DNA of 58,492 nucleotides, counting the filler, from Dugesia japonica (lineage: Eukaryota), in assembly GCA_001938525.1 (NCBI GenBank). It is 5 parts of 5 records of this genome, joined end to end, with 100 filler letters (N's around TTAATTAATTAA, not from the genome) between each part and the next. Parts side by side here need not be neighbours in the genome. Positions count along the whole stretch, not along the records: positions 1 to 8,963 come from MQRL01221356.1; positions 9,064 to 22,294 come from MQRL01647690.1; 3 more parts are not named here. One strand, 5' to 3'. How positions within the stretch are numbered: position 1 is the stretch's first letter; each line of letters opens with the position of its first letter. The notes beneath the pieces are model-generated. The model did not search any database. It had not been told where the DNA came from and worked only from the letters and a program-made list of their open reading frames with translations. The position numbers and the translations under genes are program-made. Of this stretch, positions 1-12,774 are shown one piece after another.

Positions 1-230
1 TTATTATTATTATTCAAATAAATTTAAATATTTTTAAGTGTTTGTAAACAAGGAATTTAAACAAAACATTTAATATTTCATTTAATTAGAAAGGCGTTAC
101 ATTATCAAGTTTATGTATTAGTTTTTTCCATGATTAATTACCAATAAAAGCTAAGATAAATTTCGATTGGTTGAATTTATCTTTATGAAACATATATAAA
201 CTGAATTATATTAATATTAATTCATATAAA

Positions 231-691
231 ATGTGAGATTACACTGAAGAAAATGTTGACAGTCGGAAAGAATCATGGATGTATCATACCAACGATGAAT
301 CTTCATGGATAGAACCATGTTTTGATAACAAAACAGATAATGATAAAGTAGATGTCGAATCACATGAAATTAATATAGAAGCAATAAAAATAGATGAGTA
401 TATTGCTGAAAAATATGTTTTAGAAAAAGGTAGTATTTTATTTAAATTATATTAATGAATTAATTATTATTTTAAGATATGATTCTTGAGATATTGGAAG
501 AAGAATTCCCAAATTTTAAAAATGATTCAGTATACTGGGCACCAGAACCATACTGTTTCAAAATAAGGCATTATACAAGGATCATTATTAATACGATAAT
601 GAGATTATACTTGGATGAACAATTCATTTGTACACGTGACTGTTGTTTAAGATTAAAACTTAAAAGGATAGTCGAACGTTTCCTTAAATAA
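231..691 (+). pseudogene. Two-exon orphan gene or pseudogene (acidic N-terminal exon, C-terminal exon ending ...KRIVERFLK)
   Basis: Open frame 237-429 (DYTEENVDSRK...YVLEK), a GT-AG intron at 430-476 (47 nt) that preserves the frame, and a stop at 691. The only upstream in-frame ATG (231) is followed directly by TGA. No family recognised. Confidence 0.45.
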
Positions 692-1059
692 ATATTAGTC
701 ATTACTTTTTTGTTTTGATGTTACTGTTTTATTTAATGGCTACCTTTATCTAATGATTTCTATTTTTCAATCATTTTAACCTTATTTTAACCTATTTCTC
801 GTTATTTTATTTACATTTATGTAAAATGTTTTGAATATCAATACTGATAATTTGTTTAATTTATTGAATGATTACGTAATAAGACAAGCCTATATTAATA
901 AGTTATGGTTTATTTTATTGGATAAAGGATTAAGTCCATTTCAATATGAGTTCAATATGGTTTCAACATGAAAAATAAGGGTTTGATCTTGTGAAATATA
1001 AGTATTCCTTTCAATAAAACCTTTCACTATTTGCTTTCATCTTTGCTTACTTACCCTTG

Positions 1060-1810
1060 TGAGTAAATAATTAACCAAATCATACAAAACTGACCAAAAA
1101 AGATTAATGAGAGAAAGATTCGACCAAAATTACCTAAACCGGGTAAATAATTGACCAAATTGTCCAAATCTGACCCAAATTAACCATTCCCAAGGAAAAA
1201 ATTGACCATACTCACCTAAACATTGCTCTTGTGTGAAAATAATTAACCAAGTTTGACCATACCAAGTAAATAATTGACCAATATTAACCAAACCGAGTAA
1301 ATAATTTACCGAATTGTCCAAAACTGACCCAAATTAACCTTTCCCGGAGAAATAATTGACCGAATCGCCAAAAAATGAACCAAATTCAACCAAATGGATG
1401 AAAGATTTGATTGAGTCACCCAAGAATTACTCAAATTAACCATTCCCGATGGAGAATTTTGACCAAATTAACCTAAAACCAACCAAGTTTACCCAGATTC
1501 GACACCACCGAAGAAAAATTTGACAATTATTACCTAAACCGAGTAAATAATTGATCAAATTGTTCAAAACTGACTAATCCTGAAGGAAATTTCAGCAAAA
1601 TAGCTAAAAAATGAACAAAATTAACAATTCACGAGAAAACATTCGACCAATTCACCCAAAAATTACCCATACCGAGGAAATTTCAGAGAAAAACCACTTA
1701 AAACCAATCAAAAATCGACCTTATTCGACCTTGCCGAATAAATTCCAAACTAAAAAGCCTGAAAAATTCTACTGTTTAATAAGCCTAAAAAATTTACCCA
1801 ATTAAATACA
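1060..1810. repeat. Degenerate satellite of ~10-12 bp units (TTGACCAAA/TTAACCAAA) with higher-order blocks
   Basis: The block AAACCG(A/G)GTAAATAATTGACCAAATTGTCCAAAACTGAC recurs at about 1136, 1290 and 1535. Confidence 0.8.
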
Positions 1811-1889
1811 CAGTAAAAATAACATCACTTAATCCTATAAAGTAAAATTTCACCGATTAAATTAATCTTATGACATAATTTATGTGCAA

Positions 1890-2100
1890 AAAATTTTCCA
1901 AACATACATTCGTTTTTCATATCTTCATCATATGGCGTGGAAGAAAAAAGTGAAATAAATATAGTTGCTGGTGACACAGATAGTTATTTTCTAGAGATTA
2001 AAACATTAAGTTTAAAAAACTACATGAATTAATGTTGTCACATCAAACTGAATTCAGTTGTTGGAAAGTTTAATAATAAGAGTCAAGGAAAAATATTAGA
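1890..2100 (+). mobile_element. Polinton/Maverick-type protein-primed DNA polymerase B fragment
   Basis: Translates INIVAGDTDSYFLEI and LNSVVGKF, matching the polB fragments at 41460-42710 and 48950-49390. Confidence 0.7.
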
Positions 2101-2239
2101 AACTGTCTGCAAGTATAATGTTCTCTCGTGTTCCAGGCGATGGCAAACAAAATTGCCACTAACAAATTGAAAATATCACAAAATTTTATTTGAAAACATC
2201 ATTTACACAATATATAACAATAAAAATGTTTAGACGTTA

Positions 2240-3190
2240 TTAGAGATGATGAATTAAATATAAAATAATTAAGACTATTTAGATTTAAATATTAAAATCT
2301 AAAGATGAAATAATTAAAAAATTTGAATTTGATGGTAGTAAAAGTCGAAGGCGAATGAGGATAACCAAATACAAAGAGGTGAATGAAGCAATAATCACAA
2401 TCAGTGGTCCAATTTTGTTGACTAAAGATGCAGAATTTACTCGTGAATTTGATGAAAATGAATGAATTCAAGGCAAGCGAAGGTTGGTTAGAGAAATTTA
2501 AACATTGGCATGGTATAGTGTCAGACAATTTTTGAAGAAGAACCTGCAATCAATTGTAAGTTCTGTCGATCATTTTTACAACGTTACCATTTGTACGATG
2601 TTTATAATGTGGATGAGACTGGACTATTTTATTAGATGATACCAAATTAGACTTTGGCATTTAAAGGCGAGAAACGCAGTGGTGGCAAAGAATCGAAGAT
2701 GTGGATCTTTGTCATGATTGCTACTAATATGTCAGGCACATATAAATTGAAACTTTTGAATATTAGCAAATCACAAAAACTCAGGTGGTTTAAAAATATT
2801 AATGTTCAAAATTATTGTGTATTATCGGTCTAATAATAAAGGATGAATGACTTCGATAATACTTAAAGAATGGCTACAAAAGTTAAACGCATCTATGGGT
2901 TTTTCTGCTAGAAAAATCCTTCTGTTAGATAATTGTTCTGCTCACCAAATAATAAACTTCGGTTCTTACGCGACTATAAATAAAATATTACACTGTTTTC
3001 ACGTGGTTCAAATGTTTTATTCTTAACCGTTTTAGTGGGAAAAATATGTAGGTGCAGATTTCTAGAAATAAACAATAAATCTTGAATTAAAATTAAATTA
3101 TCATAGAAAAATCGTTCAAAAAATTATTCAATAATTCTGTTTTTACGCGAGTTTCCGCGGAACGTATCTATTGCATAAAAAACATCCAAT
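2240..3190 (+). mobile_element. Degenerate pogo/Tigger (DDE_1) transposon
   Basis: FKASEGWLEKFKHWHGI (CENP-B HTH), YNVDETGLFY, FKGEKRSGGKESK, MTSIILKEWL and DNCSAH, broken by stops and frameshifts. Confidence 0.9.
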
Positions 3191-3729
3191 CACATGCAAA
3201 TACATTTTTTAGTTGAGAAATTTATATATTCGAATAATATGCTCAATAAGACTTTAATATTTGAACAAATATATTAAATTTAAAAGTAAAATAATTTTTC
3301 AAGTTTTTAATTGAATTTTAAAACAAGAAATTCGTAAAATAAATTATAGAGGTATTGAACTGAACCGGCCAAAAAGAAATTTAAATTATTATGAAAAGTC
3401 GGTAATAAGATAAATCGGAAAAGTTAAAAACGAGAAGGACAAATAATTAACAAAATCTTCGGATATTAGAAATTAATTTCTCAAATATGATAATTTCTAA
3501 TTTCTGCGTACATAGAAAATGCTTTAAAAAATGTACAGTGCAGAAGAGATATAGGAGCATAAAAATAAGACTCTTGTGTATGATAATAAATGAACACCGA
3601 ATTGCCTAAAGCTAACAATGAAATTAAAACAATAATTAAGCAAAAAATAGTCGAATTGAAAATAACAAAAACACCTCATTTATTCTTTACGACCATAAAT
3701 GCAATTACAGTAATGTAGCAGATGAATTG

Positions 3730-4044
3730 TTACTGTATGAGTTTGAACCAGTTCTCATTACGGGTAGAATAAATGCAATCTTCAATGCTCATGCAACACA
3801 ATTTGTTGATTATTTCTTGTCCGCTGTAATTGGGCAATGTTAACTTTATAAATTCAATGTCTATACCATCAGGGTTCTGTGTATTCCCCTTGAATAACAT
3901 CATGATTTCTTCTTGCAAATCATCAGAGCCAACTTTACCAGAATCGGAATCGGTTACAGTTTCATTTTGCTTCAGTTTTTGGTGGTAATTAATTACCGAC
4001 AAGATATGTAATGTTATCTCATTGTAACTCTGTATAAGCAAAAT
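3730..4044 (-). CDS. RPA2: Terminal exon of a replication protein A 32-kDa subunit-like gene (end of OB fold plus winged helix)
   Basis: Acceptor TTTCAG at 4050-4045. NEITLHILSVINYH and EDCIYSTRNENWFK resemble the RPA2 segments NEFTTHILEVINAH and EGHIYSTVDDDHFK. Upstream exons were not identified. Confidence 0.7.
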   Translation of the reverse strand: MLLIQSYNEITLHILSVINYHQKLKQNETVTDSDSGKVGSDDLQEEIMMLFKGNTQNPDGIDIEFIKLTLPNYSGQEIINKLCCMSIEDCIYSTRNENWFKLIQ

Positions 4045-4118
4045 CTGAAATAACAATACAATTTTAGCTTTATTTCTCTTAGAAAACATTTGATAATTAG
4101 AAATACATAATTCTAGAA

Positions 4119-4539
4119 CAGTGCTGTTTAACTTATCTTAGTGCGCGGGCCGTTTTTTATTTAGCAAACATTTCGGGGGCAAAACTGCCCTTGGTGCTAC
4201 CTTTCGAGTTTCTTCGTTTATATCACACGAATCCTCTATTGGCTGTTGTTCTCGGTCGAATTAAGTGAACTTTTGCAGTGTTTTAATACTAAAATAATTT
4301 TGCTAGCTAAAAATATCGACCTTGCACACACATGATCGATGTTTAAGATATAATAAAATGAATAAAATAAAGATGTGTTTCGATTCAAGTAAATAACCAA
4401 TATTATCACTTCAATATTGTACTTAATGTGGATTTACTTCGTTAGTGCAGCTTGTAAGCTTTGGCAAAAAGAAATACATTAATTAGAACTAAGATGTAAA
4501 ATCTACTATAATTCGTGGGCCACTAGTTGGACAGTGATG
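4119..4539. mobile_element. Non-autonomous hAT (Buster/Charlie-like) MITE
   Basis: Imperfect TIRs CAGTGCTGTTTAACT...AGTTGGACAGTGATG, a subterminal GCGGGCC motif, and 8-bp flanks TTCTAGAA/TTGTAGAT with the central TA typical of Buster TSDs. Confidence 0.65.
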
Positions 4540-4779
4540 TTGTAGATGATAAATGTGCATCATTTTTGAAAATTTACCAATTATCAATACAAAAAAGTGC
4601 AATCTAATATATGAAAAAAATCTAGTTTTTGGTTTATAACAGAAATATTCAACTGATTTGAGTGCTTGAGTAGGTAGCGAATTATTGGAGTTTCCCATGA
4701 GCAGTATAAATCGAAGAATGTGTAAAATTTACAGTGTATATTTAAAAGTTCTAATATCTAGTAATAAGTAATATATATT

Positions 4780-5010
4780 TTTGAATATAAATTTAAAACA
4801 TTTTGTTATTGTATTTTGAAATTTTGTTTAAAATTTATTTTGATAAACTATTATATTTTATTTTAAGTGTCAATTATAAAAATTTTAAATTTGCTTGAAA
4901 AGACAAATTGATGTTGTGTTTTTGTTTGTCTTGTGTTTGAAATAAATTTTGGATATGAAAAGTGTTAATTTTTAAAATGCAAAGAAAAGTGTTACAGAAT
5001 AATCTTACAC
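4780..5010. repeat. Dispersed repeat with an inverted copy at about 17140-17350
   Basis: TTTTGATAAACT...TTGAAAAGACAAATTGAT matches the reverse complement of the 17140-17350 segment. Confidence 0.7.
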
Positions 5011-6089
5011 ATTTACTATTGTGCATTGATGTTTTGGGCATGGTGGCTTGTATGTGTTATCTGTTTTCCCTAACAATTGAATTGGATTAAATTAATTATT
5101 TATCAAAGTTTAGTCGAAGTGATTGAAATTATTATCACTGGATTTTTTGTGATTTTAGTTTTAATAATTTCGAATATTCAGTAATAAATGGACAAAGTTT
5201 AGATAAAAATGTTTATTTTTTGTTGTTGTTAGTAAAAATGCAATCAGTTAAGTCAAATCACATAATTATTCTCGAATTGCAAAATGAATTAACAAAAAGT
5301 TTATTATACTCTCAAAAAGGAATCAGTGTTTTGATCTCGACAAACATAAGAGTAATACTGATTTCAGTTGGACAAAATAGTTAATTTATGTGAACTGATT
5401 TGATAACTTATTGTACACATTAATTCCGAATTTTCGGTTAAAAAACGAAAAAAGAATTTTATGTTTTAGAAATCGTCCGTAAATATAATGTCCGCTCGTG
5501 TTCCAGTCGAAGGTGTATAAAATTGACAATAAAACGTGAAAATAGATGACATGAGCACATGCGTTAAGGATATATTTCAGAATACAATTAAACCTTTTTT
5601 GTGCGATTTCAGAGTTATGAGGTTTTTAAAATCCATGAACGCATCTTCATTTTTTCTATATGAATCAGGTATTTGTGCAATTTTCCTTGAAACGCACAAA
5701 ACAGTTTTGAATGTAAATTTTTTTGTAAGACCAAAAATAGTAAAAAATCTTTGAACTTAAAAAAATTTTCTAAAAAATAATGAAATACAATTCTGTTTGA
5801 AAGCAATCAAGGGCTGCTATGTGTATAATTCACTCAATACATAATACATTATTTATATAATGGCATTATTTTATGAAATGAAAACTTGGAAATACAATTT
5901 GATCAGAAATATAATCATTTTGAAAACAAATTCATTTTGGATCATTTTCCTGTGCCAAAACTCTCAACCTACAATATTTTAAAGTGTCTAAAGGTAAAAT
6001 GCAAACCAGGATATGATAATATACCAAAGATTACAATAAAAAAATTTTATTATATACAACTATATATTTCGAAAGGTTGGCATTGAAAC

Positions 6090-6685
6090 CAGAAAGAAGC
6101 AGAAATCACCAGCATTTACCGAATCGGAAAAAATCTGTTGTTGAATGACTAAAATTTTTTGCATGGTAAAAGTTATTTCAGTTTGAATAAGAATCAAATG
6201 ACCGTCGGTAATGATTTTTATTTCTCTAAAGATCCAAGTACTGTTCTAGTTGAAGGAGTTCATTTTGAGCTTAAGAAAAAATTCCAGCAAACGGTGATGA
6301 ATTACAAAGTCTTCTCAAAAAAATTTATCAAACGGAATATTTTGCTAAAATTCATTCGAAAATACCATGCCAACGATAATTGTGTTTTCTGGTGAGACAA
6401 AGGCTCGTCACATTGTACAAGTAGTCAACTATCTGAAATCTAAAAGTATCATATTTTTCTTAAAGGCACTCAAGAAATCTTCCATAATGTCGTTCAATTG
6501 AAGATTTCTTTAGTGTTCTACAATCAATACAAAAACTTTTTTTGTTGCTGATAACGATCCTTTAATACAAAATCATTAACATTTTATACTTTGTAAAATA
6601 TTGATTTATAGGAAATATACTGAGTGTTTGTGAGTTATGTATTAGCCTGTAAGTTAGCGCCCATTTCAATTTGTAACCCGTTATT
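6090..6685 (+). mobile_element. Tc1/mariner superfamily (maT/DD37D-like) transposase remnant
   Basis: FIRKYHANDNCVFW*DKGSSH resembles FWPDLASSH, followed downstream by CRSIEDFF. Confidence 0.65.
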
Positions 6686-7907
6686 ATAACTGAATTGTTG
6701 GGCACACACAATGCATATAGGTACAAAATTCAGATTTTACTACACTAAAAGAGAAACATTACTTCCTTCGAATCTAACGTGTTTAATTTATTTATTAACC
6801 AATCAAAATTTAGTTGCCTTTAATTGGAAAAAACTTTGGAAAATGTAATTTTAAATCATTCTCAACTGATAATTCCAGCCTCAAACAACTCAGATCAGCT
6901 TTGAAATGTTTGCAAATAATAAATAAGTATAAATACGTTATTCGAGAGCCTAGGTTCCCAACGGTACGGTGGGGAGTTCAAAGGCAAATCGGTGGTGTTA
7001 CAACAGTCAAGAGTGGTGTATAATATGAGAACAAAGTTAAATTTAGAAGAGAAACTCGTAGAGCTCTAGACTACAAATAGAAAAGAGTTCTGGCTTAGCG
7101 AGGATTGAGGGAAAATTGTGAGTTTCCTTCATCTTATTTGTCTGAGAGTGGCATAGGTTCAATGCAATGGCGCATTACTGAATGCCAACGAAATTAGAAC
7201 CCAACAAAGACAAATTATTCTCTTACTATTCTGATTACTCTGGTTGCATTATCATGTGATGGCTGAGGTTTTGGGCATACTGACTCAATGAATTTCTTCC
7301 ATCCTCTATGTTGCTTTATTAACAGTATTATCTTATTTTGCATGAGGTTCACAATGAGTAATTTGCTGAGAACAAAGTTTTTTATGGCTTGCTTCTAGCT
7401 ATCAATAGGTGTGTCTGATTTAATATGTAAATGTTATAATATATTTTTAGGTGCGGCGAATACGTTTAGCCAAATACAAAACTACCTTCTATAATAGATT
7501 ACCCGATTCACTGAAACTGAGGATTTAAAAAACATTTTTGAAATTAAAAATGAAATTAATACGAGAAAGTCGGCAACGTAACATATCGCAGCTGAAAAGA
7601 TTTTATTCTAGCCTTTCATATTGCGATTATTTGCGTACATATCTGTGAGCAAACAGTTAAATTATAAAAATCGTTTCAAATTCCAGAACATGCGAGCAAT
7701 CATGTTGAAGAAGTCAAGAAATTCAAACATTGTAAGGTGCAATATGGAATCTATGTAGAATTAGAAAAGAATTATGGTGACGAAGAAAAATTAAAGAACA
7801 ATTGAAGAACTGTTTTCGTTGATGTGAATAACAAACTTATCAATGACATTGTAACAGATTGTTTAACAAGCACGAGCAATGTGAAGGTTGTTATTTAATG
7901 AAATTAA

Positions 7908-8037
7908 AAGGAGAGAGAGAAAAAAAGAGAGATAAGGAGAGAGTAAAAGAAAGAGAAAGAAAGAGATAGAAAGAGAGAGAAAGAGAGAGGGAAAAGGGAA
8001 AAAAGTCGGGGAAAGAGATAAAAAAGAGAGAAAGAGG
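7908..8037. repeat. GA-rich low-complexity tract
   Basis: Purine runs of AAAGAGAG type. Confidence 0.85.
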
Positions 8038-8239
8038 TACTTGTTAATCATTCAATAACTGAATCTTTACGCAAATATTTTTTATATAAATGTCACTAAA
8101 ACGGTAGAAAGGAAGCATAAATTAAAAACGTTCCCTGAGAAGAGCAGTGAGGGGGTTTCACAAAAGAAAGAGGGAACTAAAAGTGCTTAACAGAATTCCC
8201 TTAAGTTGCAATATACAATTTCATTAGATCAGATTCATC

Positions 8240-8620
8240 TAATACCCAAGAGCATTGTTATTAGATGTGCAGAAAAGTAAGGATTTTAAAGCATGGATGT
8301 ATTGGGAGCTATTAGAAACGGGACAAACTATTAACAGTTAATTATTCTATTGTGAACAATTAGATACTTGAAAATCGGTTTAGCTAAATTTCTTCGTCAG
8401 CACATTTCAATGGCAACTCAATTAACAATCAGAGTTTTAGAGGGTTTCAATATAGTCCCGACATTGCTCCATCAGATTACTAATTTTTCAATTCTCGAGA
8501 ACACTTTTATGAGGTAAGTCTCAAAGACATGCAATTGGAACTCTCTGAGCTTTTGGTTGAAAAAGAAGTCAAATTTTATTCGGATGGGATTCATTTCTGC
8601 ACCCCAAATAGTTAAATACT
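8240..8620 (+). mobile_element. Mariner transposase C-terminal remnant
   Basis: WELLETGQTINS and YSPDIAPSDY motifs. Confidence 0.8.
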
Positions 8621-9007
8621 ATCAAATTTAGTTTCTCTTAGTAAGGTTCCGGCCTACAACAACCCAGAGAGTCAACTTTATTAGAATGATGATAAATGTT
8701 CTCTCAATATTGTCTATTAAAGTCTTCGCTGCAGCAGTAAAAATTCTACACCTTATAATAGCCTGCGGTGGCAGTAAATCGGAAACGAGATAATATAGAA
8801 GAAATTGAAGAAACGATGACGTTAGTAGATCGAGTAGTGAAAAACAGAGATCGAGTTGATGCAGTTAGAAGTTATGCGAGAGTTACAAGTCGAAATTATC
8901 AGAAACCTGTAAATCATACAGTGAATTGACATGTGGAGCAAAGAAAGGAAAAACAAAATATTGNNNNNNNNNNNNNNNNNNNNNNNNNNNNNNNNNNNNN
9001 NNNNNNN

Positions 9008-9019
9008 TTAATTAATTAA
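9008..9019. other. Artificial scaffold spacer TTAATTAATTAA (also at 22339-22350, 31818-31829 and 41245-41256)
   Basis: The identical 12-mer, with stops in all six frames, is embedded in N-runs four times. Confidence 0.95.
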
Positions 9020-9063
9020 NNNNNNNNNNNNNNNNNNNNNNNNNNNNNNNNNNNNNNNNNNNN

Positions 9064-9132
<69 letters not shown>

Positions 9133-9542
9133 GAAGCCAAAAGTAAATCTGTGAAAATTTTCTAATATTGAAGCCTCTAATTCAGCGGTTCCCAAAGTAA
9201 GGGTCGACAAAAATTTTAATATTTACAAAAAACAAATATTAATATTATCAATTAAATAAAAGGTTTGTTGTTCATTCTAAATAGAATTTCCTTTACAACG
9301 AACCAACCTTAAAAAAACAATTATCTATTTTATACTTTTTATTCTTATTGTCTCTAAATGATTTCAAAGTAAATGATTGAAAAAAATCTAAATTTAAAAA
9401 ATAATAACATACACAATATTTTTATAAGAAAATTTTATATTTTCATTTTCTCTATACCATATTAAATTTCTAAAATATTACAAAATATTTTTTTAAATCC
9501 AAATTTAAAATATAAACAAAACGACAAAAGAAAATCACTAAC

Positions 9543-12500
9543 ATCAGGAAAGTTCATTTCAACGGTAATTACATCAGGCAATAATTGATGATGAACTCGT
9601 GGAATGTCAATCGCTTCTTTCATCGTTTTATTGAACAATCTAGCAAGAACAGCAACCTAAAATTATGAAAAAAAATTAATAATTAATTTATTATTTTTAC
9701 TTAAAATTAAGATTTCTTATTTTTTAAGCAAAACAATTTTTATCAGAATTTTTAGGATGAAGAAAATTTAAATACAGTTTAGTATAATGAATAATGAAGT
9801 TTCGTAGATTATCAAATTAATATTGTGGATTTTTATTATATTTATCTATACTNTCTAGATACGTTTAATTTAAATAAATAGTGAGTAATTAGAAATTACA
9901 TTTATTAAATCAAAAATTGCAATAAAACTATTTGACATAAACCTTTTGAATGAGAGTAATTTTCTTATTTCTCTTGGTCAAAATCTGGAAATATCTGTAC
10001 TGCTTTAAAATGAGGTGTACAGAAAAATATTATTTATGAAATCATAAGAACAAAGTAAAACATATTTTAATTGATGAGATAAGAAAAGAACTCCATTTCT
10101 ATGTTACCTACAATCAAATCTACTGGCAAATCTGTTTTCAATTTTGTTTGAATTAGTTTTACATCTCAAGAACTAACCTGAGCAGACTACCACGTCATTT
10201 CAGGCCTCAAAGGTTTTTATCCCTCTGGAATCCAAGATATGGCACAATCTCAATTCTCCCCGAGAGAAGTTTCAAGACTGTACATGTACTAACTACTAAT
10301 CACATCAGTGCGAGAACTGCTTAAAGAGAGAAATAGGGGAGCGAGAAAATGTGACTATCATTTGATGTTGCAGACTTCCATGTAGATGAAAGCTTCATAT
10401 TTGAATAGGGGTCCACAGCTCGGGTCTTTGCCCTCATGAGTACGGAATAGTCACAATTCTGTCTCAGGTATTAAACTGAGACGAACAATTCCTACACTTT
10501 TGATCATAGTTAGAAACCTCTACAAACAAATATAGCTTCATAAGAACTGCGGTTTATTCCAGAGTGATATGCTCTATTTTTCAGGAATTAGACGAATTTG
10601 ATTGCTTCTGACCATTTTATTGAACTATTTGTTTCGATTTTTATGGATAACTAGTTCTTTTATTATCTCGTCAGTTAAAATATGCTATTTTGTTCGTAAT
10701 ATTTAATATGTAGTCATATCAGATATCATAAATCAACAATAAATCTTCAATCACGAGATAACCCTTTATTTTTATTGTTTTCTTATTCATTTTCTTCTTA
10801 AGACATTTTTATAGCCAACATTTAGGCGAGTAGATTTCGCTTGTGTTTTTATTTTCATCAAAGTCTTCTGTAAATCTTTTGAAATATATTTTGAATAAAA
10901 TCGTGTAAACAAGCGCAATTACTTAATAATAATTCTGAACAATGAATAAAATTGCTAACCTTGTGAAAATAGTTTAACACACGAGTTCAAAAATGTAACA
11001 TCAAAACAAGTTCGAATTTTAAAATTCTGGAAAAATCCTTATCATTATCATTATTGAATAAATAACACTAGAATTAGTGATAATATTATAATTTTCTAAA
11101 ATATCCATCATGGCATTTGGGTGACCATACCATCGAGTTTGAGATGAACATTTAGTCTACTTTGATTAAAGTCGCAGAATTTATCATCTATTTGTTGAGG
11201 ATGAAAATAAGTTTTAAATTTCGTTTAAAATGCAAAATAGTTCAGTGTATCAAGATACAAATCAAAGGGTAAATCCCCAATTAAATTTAAAGCGTGAGCT
11301 GCGCACAGAATAAATTTTGAAAAGTCATTAATTTCAAAAAATTTTTGTTTCCAACCCTCAACATTTTCAAAGTCAATTTAAAGCTCAGTATTGAAATAGT
11401 TAATCAATAAATTAGCAATACTTAATCCAGAATGGTTTATTAGTTCAGTAACTGTTTTTCGGGAGATTTAAATCTGATAATCAAAGTTTAGAATTTGTTT
11501 ATAATCTCAAGTTTTATGGTCAAAAAACTTAAAAATTGAATCTTAAAACTTTTATTCCTCGTGGTTAGTCGAAATAATGTTGCTGAATCCAATATCAATT
11601 ATAAGGATGAATAATTTTAAAGATTATTCGGAGAATGAAATCCATCAAGCATGGATAATTAGATATCAAGATTCAAAAATGAAACTTCAGATAAATTATT
11701 CTAAATTTTAGTTAATTATTTACAATTAATTTGAATTTTTATTGAAATAATTGCAGACTTCAATACTTAATCAGACTATTAATAGGACCAAATTACTCAT
11801 TGTTTTGAAGTTTTGGCTGAAGATGACAAGTAATTAGTCGAAACATGCTTATGAAAATGAATAAAATTAGTAATTTATTCTTTTTTTAACATACAAATAT
11901 TACGATATTTTAAAAAGTAAATTAACATTAAGAAATATCTTAAAATGTGCAGATATAAAATAAGACCATTAAAGCAAAACTAAAGAAAATAAATAATTAC
12001 TTGTGTTGTGCTTGAAAGTATTTTACTTCCTCCCGAGGCTCCAAGAACTAATACTACTTGTCCGTTTTTGTCAACAATAATAAATGGAGACATAGACGAC
12101 ATAGGTCGTTTATATGGCTTTATAAAATTGCTTGGTGACGGTGGTAAATTGTAAATATTAGTTTGATTTGGTGAAGAAAAGTCATCCATTTCATCATTAT
12201 AAACGATACCAGTTTCATTTCCCATTATTAGAGAACCAAAACTTTTAAATTAAAATATAAATCATTATACTTAGAAATTAAAAATACTAAAAATGGGTAA
12301 TAATAATAAGGGATCTTTCATTAATTTTTTTCAACAAAATCGGGAGGAGAAGGTTTGAAGAAGTTTGACAAGTGGGAGGGGTGTATGCAAGGTAAATTGA
12401 TGTCAACAAATTTTTTTAAAGAGAAATTTAATATATTTTAAAAAATTAATTAAAATATTTTTAAATTATAGTGGGGAGGTAAACATTTGTTGACATAACG

Positions 12501-12605
12501 TTATTAAGGAGGTCACTGAAAGTTCAATAGTTGTTGACAACAGGAAGTTAAAACTTGCCAGAAAATTGTTGAAATACTTAATGTACAACCTCTTATAAAA
12601 ATAAA

Positions 12606-12666
<61 letters not shown>

Positions 12667-12716
12667 NNNNNNNNNNNNNNNNNNNNNNNNNNNNNNNNNN
12701 NNNNNNNNNNNNNNNN

Positions 12717-12774
<58 letters not shown>

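Noticed and set aside
1130-1805. ORFs within the satellite
   Set aside because: The repetitive translation simply mirrors the DNA repeat.
7440-7900. Possible Polinton polB N-terminal fragment (KVQYGIYVELEK)
   Set aside because: The resemblance is too weak to support without a search.
9016-9210. Poly-Ile/Leu/Tyr ORFs (also 12466-12821 and 16396-16641)
   Set aside because: They are translations of (TTA)n microsatellites and N-gaps.
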